Source: Acidimicrobiales bacterium
Lineage (GTDB): Bacteria > Actinomycetota > Acidimicrobiia > Acidimicrobiales > Aldehydirespiratoraceae
NCBI GenBank assembly: GCA_965207755.1
Contig: OZ242297.1
Coordinates: 2,311,406-2,375,405 of the forward strand
DNA length: 64,000 nucleotides
Reading direction: 5' to 3'
Under the pieces are notes generated by a model. The model searched no databases. It was not told where the DNA came from and saw nothing but the letters and a program-made list of their open reading frames with translations. This document shows positions 41,618 to 51,522 of the stretch, one piece after another. Each line of letters starts with the position of its first letter. Within the stretch, counting starts at the first letter, position 1. The position numbers and the translations under genes are program-made.

Positions 41618-43258
41618 CTAGAACGCCCCCCGGCGGGTGTCGCCCCACATGTCCATGACGAAGACTGCCACAGCGGTGAGCACCATGAGTGAGACCGCCA
41701 GGGCCATGGCCTGGCCCCGCAGGGCCTCGCCGGGTGTGCCCAGCAGCCGGAACAGGGCCAGCGGGGCGGTGAGAGTCTCGGGACGGCGGGGAATGAACGA
41801 CGTGGCCCCGAACTCCCCCAGCGACACCGCGAAGGCGAACCCGGCGCCGACTGCGACGCCGCGGGCCGCGACTCGCAGGTCCACCTCGCGGCGCACCCGG
41901 CGGGGTGACGCCCCCAGCACAGCGGCAGCCTCACGAGCCCGAGGATTGACGGTGCGCAGCATCGGCACCAGGGTGCGCACGACGAAGGGTATTCCCACCA
42001 GAGCGTGGGCGACGGGCACCACGACCACCGACGTCCGGATGTCGATCGGTCCACGGCTGAGCACCAGCAGGAACCCGAGCCCGACCGTGACCGCGGACGT
42101 GCCCAGCGGAAGGGTCAGGCCGACGTCGAGAGCGCGGCCGATCCGGCGGCTGCCCCCGCGGCCGGCGCGCACTATTGCCAGGGTGGCCGCTCCGCCCACC
42201 GCCAGGGCCAGGGCCGCGGCCGGCGCCGCGAACATGAGCGAGTTCCCCAGCGCCGCCAGGGCGGTGTCGGGCAGCAGGTTGATGCGCTCGGCCATGGCCG
42301 TGTAGTTGCGCAGCGTGTAGCCGCCACCGCGGCCGGCGGACAGGGAGCGCTCCACCAGCACGCCAACCGGCAACCCCAGGATCACCGCCATGACGGCCAG
42401 GTTGGCGACCAGGCCCGGGCCCCGGCGCCGGGGCGCGGCGGCGGGCGACGAGACCGGCTCGGCAACGGCCCTGCGCCGCTCGAGGGCGTTGGACACGACC
42501 ACGAGCGCGATCACCGCCACCAACTGCACCACCGCCAGCGCCGCCGCGGTGGCCAGGTCGAGCCGGACCACGGCGTACCGGTAGATCTCGGTCTCGATGG
42601 TGGCCCGGGCGGGGCCGCCCAGCACCAGCACCACCCCGAACGAAGTGAACGAGAACAGGAACACGATGGCGGAGGCCGCCGCGATCGACGGCGCCAGCCG
42701 GGGCAGCACCACGCGGCGGAAGACCTCGAGCCGCGACGCCCCGAGCACCCTCGCCTGATCCTCCACCCTGGAGTCGAGGGCGGACCAGTGGGCGCCCACG
42801 GTTCGCAGCACCACCGCGTAGTTGAAGAAGACGTGGGCCATCAGGATGGCCCAGACCGTGTGGCGAAGGCTGACAGCGCCGCCGCCGGCCAGGCCGAACC
42901 GGTCGAAGAGCCCCTCGAAGGCGGCCGCAACCACCACGGTGGGCAGCACGAACGGCACGGTCGCCAGCGCCCGCAGAAGCCGCTGTCCCCGGAAGTTCAG
43001 GCGGGCCATGGCCCCCGCCGCCGGCAGGGCCACGACCACGGTGAGTACCGTCGAGACGGCCGCCTGCCAGACCGTGAACCAGATCACCGAGCGCTGCGAC
43101 GGCGAGCCGAGCACGTCGCCCAGCACCGCGGCCGGACCGCTACCGCCCAGGCCCCGAGCGATCACGCCGCCGATGGGCCACACGAAGAACAGCGCCATGA
43201 ACGCCCCGACCCCGAGCGCGGGAAGCGCCAAGGCCAGAGCGCGCGCCGGGCGCATCAT
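41618..43258 (-). CDS. thiP: ABC transporter permease, fused double-domain (ThiP/FbpB type)
   Basis: 546 aa with two repeats of the six-TM ABC permease fold. Confidence 0.88.
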   Translation of the reverse strand: MMRPARALALALPALGVGAFMALFFVWPIGGVIARGLGGSGPAAVLGDVLGSPSQRSVIWFTVWQAAVSTVLTVVVALPAAGAMARLNFRGQRLLRALATVPFVLPTVVVAAAFEGLFDRFGLAGGGAVSLRHTVWAILMAHVFFNYAVVLRTVGAHWSALDSRVEDQARVLGASRLEVFRRVVLPRLAPSIAAASAIVFLFSFTSFGVVLVLGGPARATIETEIYRYAVVRLDLATAAALAVVQLVAVIALVVVSNALERRRAVAEPVSSPAAAPRRRGPGLVANLAVMAVILGLPVGVLVERSLSAGRGGGYTLRNYTAMAERINLLPDTALAALGNSLMFAAPAAALALAVGGAATLAIVRAGRGGSRRIGRALDVGLTLPLGTSAVTVGLGFLLVLSRGPIDIRTSVVVVPVAHALVGIPFVVRTLVPMLRTVNPRAREAAAVLGASPRRVRREVDLRVAARGVAVGAGFAFAVSLGEFGATSFIPRRPETLTAPLALFRLLGTPGEALRGQAMALAVSLMVLTAVAVFVMDMWGDTRRGAF

Positions 43259-43333
43259 GCCCGCAAAGAGACGGACGGCGGAGGTCAGGCGTCGACCGTC
43301 CCGGCCCGCGCCGGCAACGACACCGCTGGAGGC

Positions 43334-43380
43334 GAATTGGCAGCGCTATGCGCGCATGCCGTGCATGACGCTGCCAATTC
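43334..43380. repeat. REP-like palindrome, family 1
   Basis: GAATTGGCAGCGCTATGCGCGCATGCCGTGCATGACGCTGCCAATTC. Lies between the binding-protein and permease genes. Confidence 0.85.
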
Positions 43381-43403
43381 CGGGTTCGCGGCGAGGGTGG
43401 GGG

Positions 43404-44594
43404 TCACCGCAGGACGATCTCCACCCAGCGGTCGGTCCAGGCGTTGCGCTGAGTCTCGACCTCGGCCGGCTCCAGGATGAACGGGTCCTCCGCGATCTCG
43501 GCGTGGGCCGCGAACTCCGGCGGGAGGGTGGCCGATTCGATCACGGGGAACACGAACATGTTGAGCGGGACGTCGTTCTGGAACGTCTCGGTGAGCATGA
43601 AGTCGATCAGCGCCCGGGCCCCTCCGGGGTTGCCGGCCCCCGCGAGCACGCCCGCGAACTCGATCTGGCGGTAGCAGCTGGCCGTGACCACGCCGGTGGG
43701 CGGCTCGTCGACGGGCGGATCGGCGAAGATGACCTCGGCGGGCGGGCTCGACGCGTACGACACCACTATCGGGCGGTCGCCCCCGCCGGCGGCGAACTCG
43801 CCGTAGTAGGCGTCCTCCCAGCCCGCGGTGACGGCCACGCCGTTGTCGCGCAGCGCGGCCCAGTAGTCCTCCCAGCCGTCGCCGTAGCGGGCGATGGTCG
43901 CCAGCAGGAAGGCCAGACCCGGCGACGATGTCTCCGGGCTCTGGACCACCAGCATTCCCGCGTAGGCGGGGTCGGTCAGGTCGTCGAGCGACGACGGCGG
44001 GGGCAGCGGGTCGCCGAAGGCGTCGACCCAGTAGTTGAGGCACACATCGCCGAAGTCGACGGGCGCGACCCGGTGCTCGGCGTCGAGCTCGAAGCGGTCG
44101 GGCACGTCCGCGAGGCCGGGCGACTCGTAGGACTCGAAGATCCCGCAGTCGAGTCCCCGCTGCAGGAAGGTGTTGTCGATCCCGAAGAGCACGTCGCCCA
44201 GCGGCGCCCCCGCGGTGAGGCACGCTTGGGCCACCAGTGCACCGGCATCGCCTGAAGCGAGTTGCTCCACCGCGATGCCGGTCTCGGCCGTGAACGCCTC
44301 AAGGGTCTCGGGCGACAGGGCGAACGAATCGTGGGTGAGCAGCGTCACCGTGGTTCCGGACGGATCTGATTCGCCCTCAGCCGATGTGGTGACAGCAGTC
44401 GTCGATTCGGTGGTCGAAGCAGCCGTGGGAGCGCCTTCGGTGGGAACGGTCTCGTCAATCGCCCGGTCACCGCTGCAGGCCGCGGCCACTGCGGCGACCG
44501 CGGCCACGGCGATGGTCGCCGCCCGGATCCGCGGACCGGCAGCGCGGCGGGGCGCGCCCGGCTCGCCGGGAGTTGGTGGGGGTTGGTGGTCCAT
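43404..44594 (-). CDS. thiB: ABC transporter substrate-binding lipoprotein (thiamine/TPP-type)
   Basis: The ATG at 44594 gives MDHQPPP...AVAAVAAACSGD, a lipobox. Periplasmic binding fold (VTLLTHDSFAL..., GDVLFGIDN...). Directly preceded by a TPP riboswitch. Confidence 0.85.
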   Translation of the reverse strand: MDHQPPPTPGEPGAPRRAAGPRIRAATIAVAAVAAVAAACSGDRAIDETVPTEGAPTAASTTESTTAVTTSAEGESDPSGTTVTLLTHDSFALSPETLEAFTAETGIAVEQLASGDAGALVAQACLTAGAPLGDVLFGIDNTFLQRGLDCGIFESYESPGLADVPDRFELDAEHRVAPVDFGDVCLNYWVDAFGDPLPPPSSLDDLTDPAYAGMLVVQSPETSSPGLAFLLATIARYGDGWEDYWAALRDNGVAVTAGWEDAYYGEFAAGGGDRPIVVSYASSPPAEVIFADPPVDEPPTGVVTASCYRQIEFAGVLAGAGNPGGARALIDFMLTETFQNDVPLNMFVFPVIESATLPPEFAAHAEIAEDPFILEPAEVETQRNAWTDRWVEIVLR

Positions 44595-44599
44595 CGGGT

Positions 44600-44700
44600 C
44601 TTCCTCCGCTGGCATTACCCAGATCAGGTCGGCGGGTCGACACCGCTGCGGTCGCGTGGATGCCCTCTCAGCCCGGCTGTCCCGAGCTCCCCGGTCTTGT
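44600..44700 (-). promoter_or_regulatory. TPP (THI-box) riboswitch controlling the thiBPQ-like operon
   Basis: The minus-strand RNA reads CCGGGGAGCUCGGGACAGCCGGGCUGAGAGGGCAUCC...GACCUGAUCUGGGUAAUGCCAGCGGAGGAAGACCCGAUG. It contains the conserved CUGAGA and ACCUGAUCUGGxUAAUGCCAGCG boxes. The 3' end includes the SD GGAGGAAG, 5 nt before the ATG. Confidence 0.9.
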
Positions 44701-44844
44701 TTGTCGCCCGAGACTATATGTGCGTCAGCGGCCGGCACCACGCTCGGCCCCGACGAGGCGACGCAGGCCGGGATGCTCCCTGAGAGGTCGTTGCGCCTCA
44801 GCCAGAGCTCGGCCAAGACGGCGAGACCGCCCGATCCTGGTAGA

Positions 44845-47800
44845 ATGCAGCAGATGGAAGACCGCGCCAAGCCGTCCGCAACCGCTGCCGGCCGCTACGC
44901 GGATCTCGAGTCGGCGAGCGTTCCCCTCGGACACCGGCGCGGCCTCGTCGCGCTCGCGCTGCTTCTGGCGACGCTCGCGCTGTGCGGCGCCCTCGGGACG
45001 AATGCAGCCGCGCAGGCTCCGAGCACGCAGCTGCAGTCCTCCATCGTCACTGAGGGCGAGACCGCCGTCCTGCGAATCGTGAACACGCCGGCCGCGACCG
45101 AGCACTTCCTCCGTCTGAAGCCGTTCCAAGCCCCGTACACGGCGAGCCCGTCCGACGTCGAACTGCGAGGCTCCAACGGCGCCGTGATCAGCCCCGGCGC
45201 GCCCGCGCGTGTGACTCGGCAGAGCGACGGCGCCATCGAATTCAGCGTCGTGGCGCACTCGGACAAGGTATCGGACGCGGGCGAGATCTTCGGCGTCCAG
45301 CTCTGCAGTGCTGAGGCGTACTGCAGCGGCGACGCGCTGCTGGGCGAGTGGACAATCGAGATCGTGGAGCCGTCGACCGGTCCCGGAGTCGACGAAGGGC
45401 TGATTCCGGACACTGAGCTCGACGGTCCCCCGCTCGGCGAGCCGACCGGGCCCGTCAGCGTCATCGACTATCTCGGGCCCGACGGCATCTACCGGATGCG
45501 CGACGGCGACGGAGAGCTCCAGCTGCGCCTGCTCTCGGCGATCGGCATCGGGGAATCTCAATCAAGCAGCGCCGCCAGCCTCGAGGGCCTGTTGATCCCC
45601 GACGCCGCGACCTCGACGGAGAGGGTGTCCCAATCGAGCATCGCCGCCAGGCTCGAAGGCCTGGCGGCGGACGGGAACGCAGCTGCAGCACACGGCTATG
45701 CATCGCCGCCGAGCGGCGCCGTGGCCAATGGCAGCGGCTCGACCACGCCGGCCGCGCCGGGCGAGTGGCTGGTTGCCCCCAACGGCCAACTGTTCCTGCT
45801 GGTAGGCGGCGTCAACGTCTACTTCGCGTCGCACCTCGATGAGAGCGAGATCACGGCCGTCCTGGTCCGCCATCAGATCGCGGGAGCCCGCATCGAGCCG
45901 CTGGGGGAACTGCCCAACGCCTACCTGATCCGCACCGTCTCCGACGTCGAGTCGCTGCGCTTGGCCGACGCGCTTGCGGACGAACCGGGCGTCGACAGCG
46001 CCGTGCCGAACCTCTACACACCGCGTACGCTCGGGCCGACTGCACAGCCGAGCTCATACTCAATTCACACGCTGGGAGCACGCATTCGTTGCAGACAGCA
46101 CCTGATGTACCCTGACAAATTGTCCGGATGCCTCTGGCATCTCAACGCCGACACCGACTATCGCTACTTTGGCCAGGATCCGACGATTGACATCAACCTC
46201 GGCAACGTCTGGGACACGACGATGGGCGAGGGGGTTACTGTAGCCGTGATCGACCGAACCTGGGAGGCTACGCATCCGGACCTGGCAGACAACATAGACA
46301 ACACGCGCAGCAAGCACTGGGGCGGACTCACTGGCGAGGATCCCACGAAGGAGGCTCCCTATCACGGCACTGCGGTAGCGGGAATCGTCGCCGCCCGAGA
46401 CAATGGCGTCGGCGGACGCGGCGTCGCGCCGCGCGCGACTCTGGTGAACTACAACTTGCTCGACAATCTGTCCTCGGCGAATGAAGTGGCGGCGATGACG
46501 CTGCACAAGGGGACGATCGCCGTCTACAACATGAGCTACGGGGCATGGGACAGAGCCGGGATCTCGAACTCTGGCGGCGACGGCTGGCGGCGGGCGCTGG
46601 AGGAGGGCTTGAGCCACGGATTCGGCGGCAAGGGATCGTCCTACGTGAAGGCCGCCGGAAACGGCGAGGGAATTCTTGGCGCCGACTGGGCGACGCTCGA
46701 TCAGGAGAACAATCACCGCGGCGTGATCGCGGTCTGCTCTGTCAATGCCCGCGGCGTGTCGGCCAGGTACTCCGAGAACGGACCCAGCCTCTGGGTGTGC
46801 GCTCCCTCGAGAGACTACGGACTGCCCGGGATTCTCACCACGATCGGCACAGGAGACTACTTTGCCGAATTCAGCGGCTCCAGCGCCTCCGCCCCGATCG
46901 TGTCGGGGGTGGTCGCGCTGATGCGCAGCGCCAACAGCGATCTGACTTGGCGTGACGTCAAGATCATTCTCGCCAACACAGCGCAGAAGAATGACGCCGG
47001 CGACAACAGTTGGCAGAGCGGAGCGAAGAAATACGGCTCGACCACGGAGCCGTACTCGTTCAGCAATGAGTACGGCTTCGGCACCGTCGACGCGTCCGCA
47101 GCGGTGCAGGCCGCGAGGGAATGGGTTCTCCTGCCGGCCGAGCGCTCGGCCGAGGTCGCCTCCAGCACCGCCGTGCCGATGCCCACACAGGGTGAGGAGA
47201 TCGAGTTGACTGCGGACGTGACCACTGACATCGATTTCGTCGAACAGGTCACGATTACTGTCGAGGCTGATATCTCCGATATGCGCGACTATCGCTGGTC
47301 GCTGGTCTCGCCGTCCGGCACCGAGTCGCTCCTGTCGCCGCAGTTCTTCGGCTGCATAGGAATCGAGTGCAAATGGAACGGCACGTTCCGTTTCGGCTCG
47401 AACCGGCACTTGGGCGAAGAAGCGTCGGGGGCATGGAAGATCAAGGTGCGTCACTTCCCGCCGTTTCACAACTTCTGCAGCGAAAACAACAGCCGTTCGG
47501 TGGCGAGTGCATTCTGCCGCGGTCTGGGGAGCTTCGACGAGGAGATCAAGTCGTGGACGATGGTCGTGTACGGGCACAAGACCGAAGCCGGCCAACCGGT
47601 CCGCCTGACAGCGACGCCGCAGAACGTGACGGAAGGCAACGAGGTCAGCGTGAACGTCCGAGTGGAAGGCGCAGCGCCGACGGCGGACCTGGTCGTCCCG
47701 CTCAAGCTCACCGACGGCGACACTACCCCGCCGGGCGCGGCCGGCGCCGACTACGCGGCGCTCGCGTCAATCACGATTCCCGCCGGGTCGACATCCGCAA

Positions 47801-49833
47801 CAGCAAAGCTCGCCACCAATGGCGACGCCGTCGACGAACCCGACGAGACCTTCACGATCGGGCTCGGTGCGTTGCCATCGGGCTTCAAGCCGGCCGGCGG
47901 CTCAGCGACAGTGACGATCACGGATGACGATCCGTTGCCGACGGTGAGGTTGAAGACCTCGAGCGCGAGCGTGACCGAGGGCGAGTCCGTCTCGATTACG
48001 GCCAGCCTCAGCAATCCCTCCGCGGAAGCGGTCACGCTCGACGTGAGCATCGCGCCGGTGGCGCCGACGGTCGCGGCGGACGGCTCGATCAGCGCGGCGA
48101 CCACGCTGACGATCGCGGCGGGCGCCCTCGACAGTACAGGAACCGTGACGTTCACGGCGGCACAGAACGAACTCTATGAACTGAGCACGGCGACGGCGAA
48201 GAAGTTCACGGTCTCGGCCACGGCCGGAGGCGGCAGGAATGTCGCTCATCCCGACGCGATCACCGTCGAGATCGAAGACGACGAGTCGAAGCCTGCGGTG
48301 AGCATCACGGCCGGCGCCGGCGGGACTGAGGGTTCCGACGCGGCGTTCACGCTGACAGCGACACCGAAGCCGGCGGACGATCTGGATGTGAACGTGGCGG
48401 TCTCGGCGAGCGGAGACTACGGCGTCTCGGCCGGGACGCAAACAGTGACGATCCCGAGTAGCGGCACGGCGACGCTCACGTTGGCCACCAGCGGGGACGA
48501 CGTCGACGAGCCAGACGGCTCGGTTACGGTCACGGTTCAATCGGGGACCGATTACACGCCGGCTTCAACCGCTTCCGCGAGCGTTGACGTAGCAGACGAC
48601 GACCTCGCAGAGCCGGATTACAGCGACTACCAGACCGTGGTGGATCTGCTCATTGAGGCGCGCGACAACCCCGAGAACGCGCGGGTGCGCAACAATCCCG
48701 CCCACATACGCAAATTGAACCGGGTGCTCGCCGCCATCGGCTACGACAGCGGCGAACAGCCGATGCCGGCATCGCAGATCCACGGCAACGCCGCCAAATG
48801 GCCCCACAGCCCCTTCAAGGCCGCCTCCGACTACCTCAACAGCCAGCAGGCCCAGCAGAAGCCGGAGGTCACCGTCACCGGCGCAGGCGACATCACCGAG
48901 GGCGGCACCGCCACCTTCACCATCACCGCCAACCCCGGCCCCGCAGCAGACCTCACCGTCAGCGTCACCGCCGCCACGACGGGCGACTTCGGGTACGGCC
49001 CGCTGCCCGCCAGCGTCACCATCCCCGCCTCCGGCAGCGCCACGGTCACCGTCACCACCACCGACGACCAAACCGACGAACCCGACGGCTCGGTCACCCT
49101 GACGATAAACGCGGGCAGCGGCTACACCGTGGGCGCGCAGTCCTCGGAAACGGCCGCCGTCGCCGACGACGACGTGCCGGAGGTGTCGATCACCGCCGCA
49201 GGCGACATCACCGAGGGCGGCACCGCCACCTTCACCATCACCGCCGGCCCGGCCCCGGCGGCGGCGCTGCCGGTGAGCGTCACCGTCACACAGAACGGCG
49301 ACCACGGCGCCGGCCCCGGCCCGCGCACCGTCACCGTCCCCACGACGGGCAGCGCCACCCTCACCGTCGCCACCACCGACGACACGAACGACGAGCCCGA
49401 CGGATCGGTCACCGTCACCATCAACAGCGGAGGCGGCTACACCGTCTCCGCCACCCAGGGCGCAGCCACCGTCGCAGTCACCGACGACGACGACCCGCCG
49501 GTCGACCAGGATCAGCCCGACCGGCAGGAGCCGGTCGCCTGCACCGGCGATCCGACGCTGACGGTCAACAGCCCCGAAGCCAGCCGCAACGACCAGACAG
49601 TCGACTTCGAGGTCAGCCTCGACTGCATCCCCAGCGGCCGCGCCATGATCCTGCTGACCCCGGTCCGCGACGGCGAAATCGGCCAAAACATATTCGTCTC
49701 CCTCTCAGCCGAGGAGACCACCGCCACCGTCACCGTCACCATCGGCAACGAAGAGCAGCTCGGCCTAGCCCTCGTCTGGAGCAGCGGCCTCGCCAACCGC
49801 GCAGCCCAAGGAGACGTCACCTACACCGACTAG
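44845..49833 (+). CDS. 1662-aa secreted kexin/furin-like subtilase (S8B) with P-domain and about 8-9 Calx-beta-like repeats
   Basis: Signal GLVALALLLATLALCGALGTNAAAQA. Catalytic residues: VTVAVIDRTWEATHPDL (Asp), YHGTAVAGIVAA (His), AAGNGEG (Asn), SGSSASAPIVSGVVALM (Ser). P-domain ...DYRWSLVSPSGTESLL...GAWKIKV...MVVYGH. Repeated units of the form ...TEG..A.F.....DL.V.V.....GDYG.....VTIP.SG.AT.T..T..D..DEPDGSVT.T... Confidence 0.88.
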   Translation: MQQMEDRAKPSATAAGRYADLESASVPLGHRRGLVALALLLATLALCGALGTNAAAQAPSTQLQSSIVTEGETAVLRIVNTPAATEHFLRLKPFQAPYTASPSDVELRGSNGAVISPGAPARVTRQSDGAIEFSVVAHSDKVSDAGEIFGVQLCSAEAYCSGDALLGEWTIEIVEPSTGPGVDEGLIPDTELDGPPLGEPTGPVSVIDYLGPDGIYRMRDGDGELQLRLLSAIGIGESQSSSAASLEGLLIPDAATSTERVSQSSIAARLEGLAADGNAAAAHGYASPPSGAVANGSGSTTPAAPGEWLVAPNGQLFLLVGGVNVYFASHLDESEITAVLVRHQIAGARIEPLGELPNAYLIRTVSDVESLRLADALADEPGVDSAVPNLYTPRTLGPTAQPSSYSIHTLGARIRCRQHLMYPDKLSGCLWHLNADTDYRYFGQDPTIDINLGNVWDTTMGEGVTVAVIDRTWEATHPDLADNIDNTRSKHWGGLTGEDPTKEAPYHGTAVAGIVAARDNGVGGRGVAPRATLVNYNLLDNLSSANEVAAMTLHKGTIAVYNMSYGAWDRAGISNSGGDGWRRALEEGLSHGFGGKGSSYVKAAGNGEGILGADWATLDQENNHRGVIAVCSVNARGVSARYSENGPSLWVCAPSRDYGLPGILTTIGTGDYFAEFSGSSASAPIVSGVVALMRSANSDLTWRDVKIILANTAQKNDAGDNSWQSGAKKYGSTTEPYSFSNEYGFGTVDASAAVQAAREWVLLPAERSAEVASSTAVPMPTQGEEIELTADVTTDIDFVEQVTITVEADISDMRDYRWSLVSPSGTESLLSPQFFGCIGIECKWNGTFRFGSNRHLGEEASGAWKIKVRHFPPFHNFCSENNSRSVASAFCRGLGSFDEEIKSWTMVVYGHKTEAGQPVRLTATPQNVTEGNEVSVNVRVEGAAPTADLVVPLKLTDGDTTPPGAAGADYAALASITIPAGSTSATAKLATNGDAVDEPDETFTIGLGALPSGFKPAGGSATVTITDDDPLPTVRLKTSSASVTEGESVSITASLSNPSAEAVTLDVSIAPVAPTVAADGSISAATTLTIAAGALDSTGTVTFTAAQNELYELSTATAKKFTVSATAGGGRNVAHPDAITVEIEDDESKPAVSITAGAGGTEGSDAAFTLTATPKPADDLDVNVAVSASGDYGVSAGTQTVTIPSSGTATLTLATSGDDVDEPDGSVTVTVQSGTDYTPASTASASVDVADDDLAEPDYSDYQTVVDLLIEARDNPENARVRNNPAHIRKLNRVLAAIGYDSGEQPMPASQIHGNAAKWPHSPFKAASDYLNSQQAQQKPEVTVTGAGDITEGGTATFTITANPGPAADLTVSVTAATTGDFGYGPLPASVTIPASGSATVTVTTTDDQTDEPDGSVTLTINAGSGYTVGAQSSETAAVADDDVPEVSITAAGDITEGGTATFTITAGPAPAAALPVSVTVTQNGDHGAGPGPRTVTVPTTGSATLTVATTDDTNDEPDGSVTVTINSGGGYTVSATQGAATVAVTDDDDPPVDQDQPDRQEPVACTGDPTLTVNSPEASRNDQTVDFEVSLDCIPSGRAMILLTPVRDGEIGQNIFVSLSAEETTATVTVTIGNEEQLGLALVWSSGLANRAAQGDVTYTD

Positions 49834-51522
49834 CCCCAATCGTTCACGAGAATTCGTGAGCGGTCGGTGAGAGTGTATTTTGGTGTGTTTTGGGGGCGGG
49901 TGGTATGTGGGGCGGGTGTTCGCGCCGGTGGTGTTGTGGCCTGTTTGGAGTGTCGGGCCGGTTTCGGGGGGTTCGTTGGGGTTTTGGGCGCGTGGCGCCA
50001 GGGGTTTCGCGGCCGGTGGCGCTCGGGGCGGTGTGGGCCGTTATGGGGGGCCGCAGTTGCGGTGTGCGGCGAGGAGTTGGGGGGCGGCGGGCCACCAGTC
50101 GAGGGTGCGCAGGGTCCATGTTCTTGCGGAGCGCACGAGCCTGCCGGGGGCGTGCCAGAGCTGCCATCTGAGGCGTTTGGGGGCGGCTTTGGCGAGGGGG
50201 CCTGTGAGGCAGAGTCGCTGGAACCATCTCACCACCGCGGACGAGAGCGCGACGAGCTGGGTCCAGGCGCTGTTGGCGTCGTAGTCGCTGAAGGGCATGC
50301 GCTCAAGGCCGGAGTCTTTGAGCCGGTCGATGGTGTCCTCGACGCAGGCGTGGGCGCGGTGGTGCGCGTCGAGTTCGGCGGGGTCTCCGGCGGCGTCGGT
50401 GTAGAACCCGCGGTAGCGCCACAGGTCCGAGTCGAACAGGCTGCGCTGCGCGCCGGGGTGGCGCCGCTCGCGGCGGGCGATGAACCTGGTGCCTCGGGGC
50501 CAGTCTTTGAGCTCGACGAGGGCGCTGAGGTCCGCGACCTGGGCGCTGTCGTCGAGCTCGCCGTCGGCGCGCCGCGCCGGCTGCCAGCCCTCGCGGTCGA
50601 AGCGGCTGTGGTCTATGGCCGCAGTGACCTCGTTGTTGGAGCGCGCCGTCAACAAGAACTCGATGTTGCGGGCCCGGCAGGCGGCCGCGATCTCCGTCGA
50701 GCACCCGGCGGCGTCTGTGCGCAACTGCATCTTTCGCGCCGCCGCGGCGGCGCCGTCGCCTTCTCGGTGCCCGGCCGCCGCCGCGGCGGGAAGCTGCTCC
50801 ACAGCCGCGTCGAGCACCGCAATGTGGTCACCGATGCTGTTGGCGGCCGCGTTGCCGGGGCGCAGCATCACCGACAGCGGCTCGCCGTCTGCGGCGCACA
50901 GCATCGGATGGAACCCGAACCCTCCCTTGAAATGCGCCGCCGCGCCCTGCTTGTTCTCAGAGTGGACCTCCACCAGCGTCGAGTCGATGTCGAGCACCAC
51001 CGGCGCATCGCCCGACACCCCGCCGCCGCGCTCCCACACAGCGGCGCGCACCTCAGCCGCCGCCGCCAACAAGTTCGCCACCACATCAGGGCTCAGCTCC
51101 CGCAGCGTGCGATACAGCGTCGAGTCCGACGCCACCTCGCCGAACAACACAGGCTGAGCCCGCAGATGCTCGATGTCCGCGCAGCACTCCCAGCCGCCCG
51201 CCAACATCAACAGAGCATGCACCAGCACCCTGCCCCGATCATGAACAGGCGCCCGCTCACCCCTCGGCGCAACCGCAGCCGACAACGCAGACCCCAGCCC
51301 CAAACCATCACAGAAACGCCCCAGAACGAACAACCCCCCATACGCCGCGACCTGCCCGCCGCCGCCTGTCACCCTCACATCGCCAACACTGTTAGACTTC
51401 ATCTCGGAGATGCCCCTTCCCGTGGGTCAGATACGTGGTCTACAACACGCATCATCCCACATCGGAGGGGCTTTTCCGCGGACCCGCAACCACCGCAGCC
51501 GCACCTTCGTGAACGATCAGGG
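49834..51522. mobile_element. IS1380-family insertion sequence (1689 bp) with imperfect terminal IRs and a 4-bp CTAG target duplication
   Basis: Left end CCCCAATCGTTCACGAG; right end reverse complement CCCTGATCGTTCACGAAG. CTAG is found at 49830-49833 and 51523-51526. Single transposase ORF. Confidence 0.85.
50041..51402 (-). CDS. IS1380-family DDE transposase
   Basis: 453 aa. VVLDIDSTLVEVHSENKQGAAAHFKGGFGFHPML, LRTDAAGCS, and HHRAHACVEDTIDRLKDSGLERMPFSDYDANSAWTQLVALS are typical IS1380 motifs. Confidence 0.88.
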   Translation of the reverse strand: MKSNSVGDVRVTGGGGQVAAYGGLFVLGRFCDGLGLGSALSAAVAPRGERAPVHDRGRVLVHALLMLAGGWECCADIEHLRAQPVLFGEVASDSTLYRTLRELSPDVVANLLAAAAEVRAAVWERGGGVSGDAPVVLDIDSTLVEVHSENKQGAAAHFKGGFGFHPMLCAADGEPLSVMLRPGNAAANSIGDHIAVLDAAVEQLPAAAAAGHREGDGAAAAARKMQLRTDAAGCSTEIAAACRARNIEFLLTARSNNEVTAAIDHSRFDREGWQPARRADGELDDSAQVADLSALVELKDWPRGTRFIARRERRHPGAQRSLFDSDLWRYRGFYTDAAGDPAELDAHHRAHACVEDTIDRLKDSGLERMPFSDYDANSAWTQLVALSSAVVRWFQRLCLTGPLAKAAPKRLRWQLWHAPGRLVRSARTWTLRTLDWWPAAPQLLAAHRNCGPP

